DNA of 64,000 nucleotides from Gallionellaceae bacterium (GTDB lineage Bacteria; Pseudomonadota; Gammaproteobacteria; Burkholderiales; Gallionellaceae): NCBI GenBank assembly GCA_027448945.1, contig DAIDMQ010000037.1, positions 49,791 to 113,790 of the forward strand, read 5' to 3'. Shown piece by piece: positions 58,395 to 64,000 of this stretch (position 1 is its first letter; each line of letters starts with the position of its first letter). The notes under the pieces were generated by a model. It saw only the letters and a program-made list of their open reading frames with translations, ran no database searches and was not told where the DNA came from. The position numbers and the translations under genes were made by a program.

Positions 58395-59816
58395 TTATTT
58401 ATGCGCAACGTCCAGTTTGTCCACTGTGTCAAATTCAAACTTGATTTCTTTCCATGTTTCCATCGCGATCTTCAGCTCCGGACTGCTTGCTGCGGCAGTG
58501 GTCAGAATGTCCTTGCCTTCTTTTTCCAGCTCGCGACCCTGGTTACGCGCTTCTACGCACGCTTCCAACGCCACACGGTTAGCCGCCGCACCCGCCGCGT
58601 TGCCCCATGGGTGACCCAGAGTACCGCCGCCGAATTGCAACACGGAGTCATCACCAAAGATGTTCACCAGTGCCGGCATGTGCCATACATGGATACCGCC
58701 TGAAGCCACCGGAATCACGCCCGGCATAGAACCCCAGTCTTGATCGAAGAAGATGCCACGGCTGCGGTCTTCCTTGATGAACTCGTCACGCATGATGTCG
58801 ATCCAACCCAGAGTCGAAGCACGGTCGCCTTCCAGCTTGCCGACCACCGTACCTGAGTGCAGGTGGTCGCCACCCGACAAACGCAACACCTTGGTCAACA
58901 CGCGGAAGTGAATACCGTGGTGAGGATTGCGGTCGAGCACGGCGTGCATCGCACGGTGGATGTGCAACAACATCCCGTTGTCACGGCACCAGTTAGCCAG
59001 TCCTGTATTGGCAGTCAAACCGCCCGTCAGGTAATCGTGCATGATGATCGGCGAACCGATTTCTTTCGCGTATTCGGCACGCTTGTACATCTCTTCCGGC
59101 GTGGGCGCGGTTACGTTCAGGTAGTGGCCCTTACGCTCGCCGGTTTCACGTTCTGCTTTTTCAATCGCTTCCTGCACGAAGTCGAAACGGGCGCGCCAAC
59201 GCATGAAGGGCTGACTGTTGACGTTCTCGTCGTCCTTGGTGAAGTCCAAACCGCCGCGCAAGCACTCATACACCGCACGACCGTAGTTCTTCGCCGACAA
59301 TCCCAGCTTGGGTTTGATGGTGCAACCCAGCAATGGACGGCCATACTTATTCATGATGTCGCGTTCAACCTGGATACCTTGTGGCGGACCACCGCACGTC
59401 ATGATGTAAGCGATAGGAAAGCGCACGTCTTCCAAACGCAATGCGCGCAATGCCTTGAAGCCGAACACGTTACCCACCAAAGAGGTCAGCACGTTCACCA
59501 TCGAGCCTTCTTCAAACAAGTCGATAGGGTAAGCCACGAATGCATAGAAGCAGGTGTCGTCGCCGGGCACGTCTTCAATGCGATACGCACGGCCTTTGTA
59601 GTAATCCAAATCGGTCAACAGATCTGTCCACACGGTGGTCCAGGTACCTGTAGAAGACTCGGCCGCAACCGCAGCAGCCAGCTCTTCGCGCGGCACACCT
59701 GCCTGAGGCGTGATTTTGAAACACGCCAAAATGTCAGTGTCTTTTGGTGTGTAATTGGGCATCCAATAGGTTTCACGGTATTCTTTAACACCGGCGCTAT
59801 ACTTTTTTACTGCCAT
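58395..59816 (-). CDS. cbbL: Rubisco large subunit, form IA (IAq type)
   Basis: [20 protein letters not shown] catalytic motif, HIHRAMH, PVASGG, QFGGG; C-terminal HK; followed by cbbQO with no carboxysome genes. Confidence 0.99.
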   Translation of the reverse strand: MAVKKYSAGVKEYRETYWMPNYTPKDTDILACFKITPQAGVPREELAAAVAAESSTGTWTTVWTDLLTDLDYYKGRAYRIEDVPGDDTCFYAFVAYPIDLFEEGSMVNVLTSLVGNVFGFKALRALRLEDVRFPIAYIMTCGGPPQGIQVERDIMNKYGRPLLGCTIKPKLGLSAKNYGRAVYECLRGGLDFTKDDENVNSQPFMRWRARFDFVQEAIEKAERETGERKGHYLNVTAPTPEEMYKRAEYAKEIGSPIIMHDYLTGGLTANTGLANWCRDNGMLLHIHRAMHAVLDRNPHHGIHFRVLTKVLRLSGGDHLHSGTVVGKLEGDRASTLGWIDIMRDEFIKEDRSRGIFFDQDWGSMPGVIPVASGGIHVWHMPALVNIFGDDSVLQFGGGTLGHPWGNAAGAAANRVALEACVEARNQGRELEKEGKDILTTAAASSPELKIAMETWKEIKFEFDTVDKLDVAHK

Positions 59817-59980
59817 GGTTATTACCCCCACTTAAAGTTAGATCATCATCAGCTTTGCCACCGGCAAAACTTCGCGTTCAACTGAACGTGGTGCAACTAT
59901 ATTCATAGACAACCATTAAGAAAAATTGTATTTTTTCATGGTTACTATAGATATTTATCAATGAATGAGGGGTTGCACAC

Positions 59981-60931
59981 ATGATGAAGAATGCCACGCT
60001 GCGCCAGCTCAAGGTCTTTGAGGCGGCGGCACGCAACCTAAGCTACACAAGGGCCGCAGAGGAATTACACACCACCCAACCCACCGTCTCCATACAGCTA
60101 AAACAGCTCAGCGAGATCGTTGGTCAACCCCTTATCGAACAGGTCGGCAAACGATTATTTCTGACTGAAACGGGTACAGAATTATTAAAAACTTGTCGGG
60201 AAATTTTTGATGGCTTGGCACGCTTTGAGATGCTGGTATCAGAAATGCAAGGCATCAAAGCGGGTCGATTACGCTTGGCGATTATCACCACCGCCAAATA
60301 TTTTGTGCCGCGCATGTTGGGCATGTTCAGCCACCGCTATCCGGGCATAGAGGTAAGCCTCAACGTCATCAATCGTGAACGTATCTTGCAGCGGGTAAAC
60401 GAAAACCTGGACGACCTCTACGTGCTGGGCCGCCCGCCCGAGCATATGGACATCCATCTGGAGCCCTTCATGGAGAACCCCCTGGTGGTGCTGGCAGACA
60501 TACACCATCCGCTTGCACGGCTCAAATCCATCAGCGCGGAACGCTTATCTCAGGAGGGATTTTTGATGCGCGAACCCGGCTCGGGCACGCGTCTGGCGAC
60601 CGAGCAATACTTCAAGGATAGGGACTTGAAACTCAAGATCAAGATGGAGCTGGGCAGCAACGAGGCGATCAAACAAGCGGTCGCGGGCGGGTTGGGCATC
60701 GCCGTGCTATCGGCACACACACTGGCGTTGGAGCGCACCAGCAACGAATTGGTCATCCTCGATGTGCAGGGTTTTCCCATCCAGCGACAGTGGTATCTGG
60801 CTTATCCGCGCGAGCGTCAACTCTCGGTGGTCGCCAAGACGTTTCTGGAATTCATGCACACCGAAAGCAAAGTACACGGCGAAAAATATCTGCAAGGCAT
60901 ACCCGGTTTTCCCGGGCTGGGTAAACGCTGA
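59981..60931 (+). CDS. cbbR: LysR-type Calvin cycle regulator CbbR
   Basis: TLRQLKVF...SYTRAAEELH.TQPTVS.QLK; REPGSGTR; SNEAIKQAV; divergent from cbbL. Confidence 0.95.
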   Translation: MMKNATLRQLKVFEAAARNLSYTRAAEELHTTQPTVSIQLKQLSEIVGQPLIEQVGKRLFLTETGTELLKTCREIFDGLARFEMLVSEMQGIKAGRLRLAIITTAKYFVPRMLGMFSHRYPGIEVSLNVINRERILQRVNENLDDLYVLGRPPEHMDIHLEPFMENPLVVLADIHHPLARLKSISAERLSQEGFLMREPGSGTRLATEQYFKDRDLKLKIKMELGSNEAIKQAVAGGLGIAVLSAHTLALERTSNELVILDVQGFPIQRQWYLAYPRERQLSVVAKTFLEFMHTESKVHGEKYLQGIPGFPGLGKR

Positions 60932-60939
60932 GGCGGGCC

Positions 60940-61602
60940 TTATTCGACCGCGTCTAGTGCGTTGCCCACCGCCACACCGCCCCAGTGCGTCACCCGCCAC
61001 CCGCGCGCATCACGGGTAAACTGGTTCAACACCGCATTGGGGATGGGGAAATCGCGCGGCGCTTCGATAGACCGTGCAGTCGCCTGGCGATACATCACAT
61101 CCAACACACCCGCATGGGTGACCACCGCGATCTGCCGGCCGCGATGCTTGGCGGCCAAAGCTTCGAACACCGCCAGGATACGTTGCCGGAAAGGCAGCAG
61201 CGCCTCGCCGCTGAAGAAATCAAACTGCGCATCACCGCTGCGGTAACGCTCGAATTCGTCAGGCCAACGCGCTTGCACCTCGCTGTTCAACAAGCCTTGA
61301 AAATCACCGAAATGACGCTCACGCAAATCCGTCATGGTAACTACCTGTAGCGCACGGCCCGCTGCCAAATGCCGCGCTGTCTCGGCCGCACGCATGAGGT
61401 CGCTGCTATAGATCGCGGCGAACTCGCAGTCCCGCGCCGCCCCGGCCAGCACCTGTGCCTGTGTCACGCCTTTCTCATTCAACTCAACATCGAGCTGCCC
61501 TTGTATGCGCTTGCTCGCATTCCATCCGGTTTCGCCGTGGCGTATCAGACAGATGCGCGTGGTGTGTTTGAATGTATCGTGCTGTTGATTCATCGCGGCC
61601 AT
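60940..61602 (-). CDS. Histidine phosphatase (phosphoglycerate mutase-like family)
   Basis: RHGETGWN, SSDL.RA, LRERHFG, VVTHAG. Confidence 0.9.
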   Translation of the reverse strand: MAAMNQQHDTFKHTTRICLIRHGETGWNASKRIQGQLDVELNEKGVTQAQVLAGAARDCEFAAIYSSDLMRAAETARHLAAGRALQVVTMTDLRERHFGDFQGLLNSEVQARWPDEFERYRSGDAQFDFFSGEALLPFRQRILAVFEALAAKHRGRQIAVVTHAGVLDVMYRQATARSIEAPRDFPIPNAVLNQFTRDARGWRVTHWGGVAVGNALDAVE

Positions 61603-61697
61603 AAATCGGTATCGGTAGTTGGTCGTTTAGAGGGGGCATAATTGTACCCGCTGGATGCCTGATTTCTTCAATACACCCACCACTGCCGGATACCGGC

Positions 61698-62480
61698 TTA
61701 CTCATGGAACGATGGAAATCTTTTGAGCGTCTCATAAAAAGCCATGTCGTGATTCGGCCAGAGTGTCGCTTGGCCTTCTTTTGCGACCTGCTTAAGTTTG
61801 CGTATGCTGTCTATCGCCAATGCACTGTCATCATTCCAGCATAGTCCCGGTGCAATCTCATACTCCAGGTTTTCTTTCAGATCGGCCGCATCACCGCACA
61901 ACACAACAGGTGCGCCCCTGGGTAACTCTACCCACAATGACATATGCCCGGCGGTATGGCCGGGGGTAGAGATAGCACGCACACCCGGCACCAGTTCGTA
62001 TTCGCCCTGCTTGATTTTCCAGGGCAAATCGCCTTTGAAATCATCCGCGAAATAGGCATTGTCCAAACCTGTTCGTGCCGCAACGATCTCATCCCGTTGT
62101 ACATGCACTTCTTTGCCGCACACATCGCACAAGCCGCCCGCATGATCGAAATGCAGATGACTCAAGAAGACCACATCAATGTCGGCAGGTGTGAGCCCCA
62201 TGCCGGCCAAATGATTTGGCAGCCGCTGCGCCTCGCTCATCTCGGGTGCGCCAAAAGCAAACGTTGTCGGATCGTAATATTGCGCACGTAATTTTGCATC
62301 TGCGATCTTGGCGTAATCACACCCCACGTCGAACAGGATGCGACCATTACTTGTCTCGATCAGATACGCCAATATCGGTGCTTGTATGATGTGTCCGTGT
62401 CCCGTTCCGCGCGTAGAAAGCGATTTGTCGTAACGATGCGTCGCCGTGAGTAAAGGCCACAGTTTATTCACCCGTGTCAT
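61698..62480 (-). CDS. Metallo-beta-lactamase fold hydrolase, N-acyl-homoserine lactonase family
   Basis: FDVG, HLHFDHAGG (HxHxDH), TPGHTAGH, GDAAD, PNHD. Confidence 0.85.
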   Translation of the reverse strand: MTRVNKLWPLLTATHRYDKSLSTRGTGHGHIIQAPILAYLIETSNGRILFDVGCDYAKIADAKLRAQYYDPTTFAFGAPEMSEAQRLPNHLAGMGLTPADIDVVFLSHLHFDHAGGLCDVCGKEVHVQRDEIVAARTGLDNAYFADDFKGDLPWKIKQGEYELVPGVRAISTPGHTAGHMSLWVELPRGAPVVLCGDAADLKENLEYEIAPGLCWNDDSALAIDSIRKLKQVAKEGQATLWPNHDMAFYETLKRFPSFHE

Positions 62481-63415
62481 GACAATCTGCCCTCCTGTAT
62501 TGAGCCGACCGGCGGGGCTGGCGAGTCATCCGCATGCGCCTCAGTGCGTATCTCGATCACCGCCGCAAGCAAGATCAGCAAGCCGCCAAAGATTTCATTC
62601 AAAGACAAATGCGCATCACCTATCAGTACTGCAGAAACCACGCCTATCACCAACTCGGACAGCAGCAAGATCGCCGCCTTGCCGGAAGCGAGATGCGCAA
62701 CCCCATAGAACGTTGCAAGGGTGCCCGGCAATACACAGAACACCCCGAAAGCCACCAGTAGCATGACTTGTGTCGCATCGGGTTGCGTCGCCGTGCCTCC
62801 TTCAAAAACCATATATCCCAATGAAATGATCGCACAGCCCGCCATGATGGCGGCTGTACGCGCACTATTGGGCAAACCTTGTCCCACCCTTACGACCACA
62901 TTGTTCAAGGCGAACGCCAGCCCGGAAGAGAGTGCCAACAGGTCGATGAGTGACGGTGCAGTCGCGAATATTTCGCTGCCGCCCAGGGTTGCGTATAGCC
63001 CGGAGAGTGCCAACACCAATGCGAGGATGCGCAACTGGGTGATGGGTTCACCGAGCATCACACGCGCTGCAAGGATGGTCCATACCGGCGCGAGATAGAA
63101 CAACAACATCACGCGCACGACATCACCCAGCGTCAGCGCGACGACCAATGAGGCATTCGCCCATCCGCCAAGTAAAGTAACCAGCAAAAGATTGACCGAT
63201 CTTCCGCGCCAGCCCGCACGGTCATGCCAGACCAGGGGCAACATCAAAAGCGTCGCGGCACCGAAAGCGATGACTTGCACGATGCTGCCGTGTATACCGG
63301 CCGCATCGATGGCTTTCAATGGCCACCAAAACAACCCCCAGAACAACGCACCCAGCAGCAGCGATGATGTGGCCACGGACTCATTTCTACGCACACTCAT
63401 TCCCTTCACACACAT
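62477..63415 (-). CDS. EamA/DMT-family transporter
   Basis: 10 hydrophobic helices; LLFYLAPVWTILAA...LGE and LSELVIGVVSA repeats. Confidence 0.88.
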   Translation of the reverse strand: MCVKGMSVRRNESVATSSLLLGALFWGLFWWPLKAIDAAGIHGSIVQVIAFGAATLLMLPLVWHDRAGWRGRSVNLLLVTLLGGWANASLVVALTLGDVVRVMLLFYLAPVWTILAARVMLGEPITQLRILALVLALSGLYATLGGSEIFATAPSLIDLLALSSGLAFALNNVVVRVGQGLPNSARTAAIMAGCAIISLGYMVFEGGTATQPDATQVMLLVAFGVFCVLPGTLATFYGVAHLASGKAAILLLSELVIGVVSAVLIGDAHLSLNEIFGGLLILLAAVIEIRTEAHADDSPAPPVGSIQEGRLS

Positions 63416-63511
63416 TCCAGCAGGTCATAAAAGACAAGCACCGCCATGCTGCACGGTGCTTGTCATGTTTGGCAAACATTGCACCGGCTATCTGACCGGA
63501 GCGATAGCAAA

Positions 63512-64000
63512 TTATTTTGCTGCCGCCTTCACAAAACGATCGTCCAAAGTGCCGGGAATCGCGATGGCTTTTTTGATCTGGCCGCTTTTAAGCAAGATGC
63601 CATTGATGACTTCGCCACTCACAAAATAAGACTTGGTGTCCTTGCCCTTGGCAAAGGGTTGCTTCATCTCGGCAGCGGGGATGTTGTATACCCCGGACAA
63701 CTGCTCCAGCACTTCCTTACCCGAGACCCCGATTGCCTTGCCGATAATTTCCGAAGCTTCCTTGGGATTGGACTTCATATAAGCCAGACCTTCAAGGTAC
63801 GCCTGGACCAAAGCCGTGATTGCTTTGCCGTCCTTTTTGATGTGCGCTTCGTCGAAAACCAACACGTCCGCAATCAAGCCCGGCGCTTCTTTGGAAGAAT
63901 AAATCACATGGAACTTGCTGCCGCCATCCATCGCCAAGATCTGCGAGACGTTAGGCTCATAGGTCACACCCGCCGGAACAGCTTTGGACGCCATCGCCGA
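63512..64000 (-). CDS. ABC transporter substrate-binding protein, NitT/TauT (SsuA/NMT1-like), 5' part outside the window
   Basis: Open frame to the window edge; TYEP, PGLIADVLV, A...G..YMK.NP.EA..II pattern. Confidence 0.75.
   Translation of the reverse strand, partial: SAMASKAVPAGVTYEPNVSQILAMDGGSKFHVIYSSKEAPGLIADVLVFDEAHIKKDGKAITALVQAYLEGLAYMKSNPKEASEIIGKAIGVSGKEVLEQLSGVYNIPAAEMKQPFAKGKDTKSYFVSGEVINGILLKSGQIKKAIAIPGTLDDRFVKAAAK

Noticed and set aside
58857-59885. 342-aa plus-strand ORF
   Set aside because: Antisense shadow of cbbL.

Overview
Betaproteobacterial chromosome segment, most likely Gallionellaceae-like (Nitrosomonadales). This is inferred from gene content and order, not from a database match. 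Most of the window is housekeeping: ribD(partial)-nrdR-glyA, pmbA/yjgA, aat-bpt, pyrD, kup, rnfABCDGE-nth, argB-slmA-DAHP synthase, regBA, dacC-dat-ybeD-lipB/lipA, rnb. Four accessory blocks stand out. (1) A redox/NO-stress island at ~16.4-24.7 kb: MarR-cytochrome b561-YceI-YceI with twin perfect 22-bp operators, then nnrS, a cNOR (norCB) with a small 3-TM partner and no norQD, NsrR with two matching operators, and hemerythrin/DUF2249 genes. (2) A 3.9-kb cassette inside the lipB-lipA interval. It holds a single-chain Type IIG-like restriction-modification gene translationally coupled to an intact REP-associated tyrosine transposase (RAYT). Three GTAG-class REP doublets are present: one in frame inside the RM gene, one encoding the RAYT N-terminus, and one supplying the RAYT stop codon. 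(3) A form IAq Rubisco locus (cbbR/cbbLSQO) next to a carbonic anhydrase-purE-class II aldolase(+Dabb-like domain) operon. (4) Heptanucleotide tandem arrays, often inverted, at gene junctions, including (TCCTGAA)x10. I saw no rRNA, tRNA or CRISPR array.
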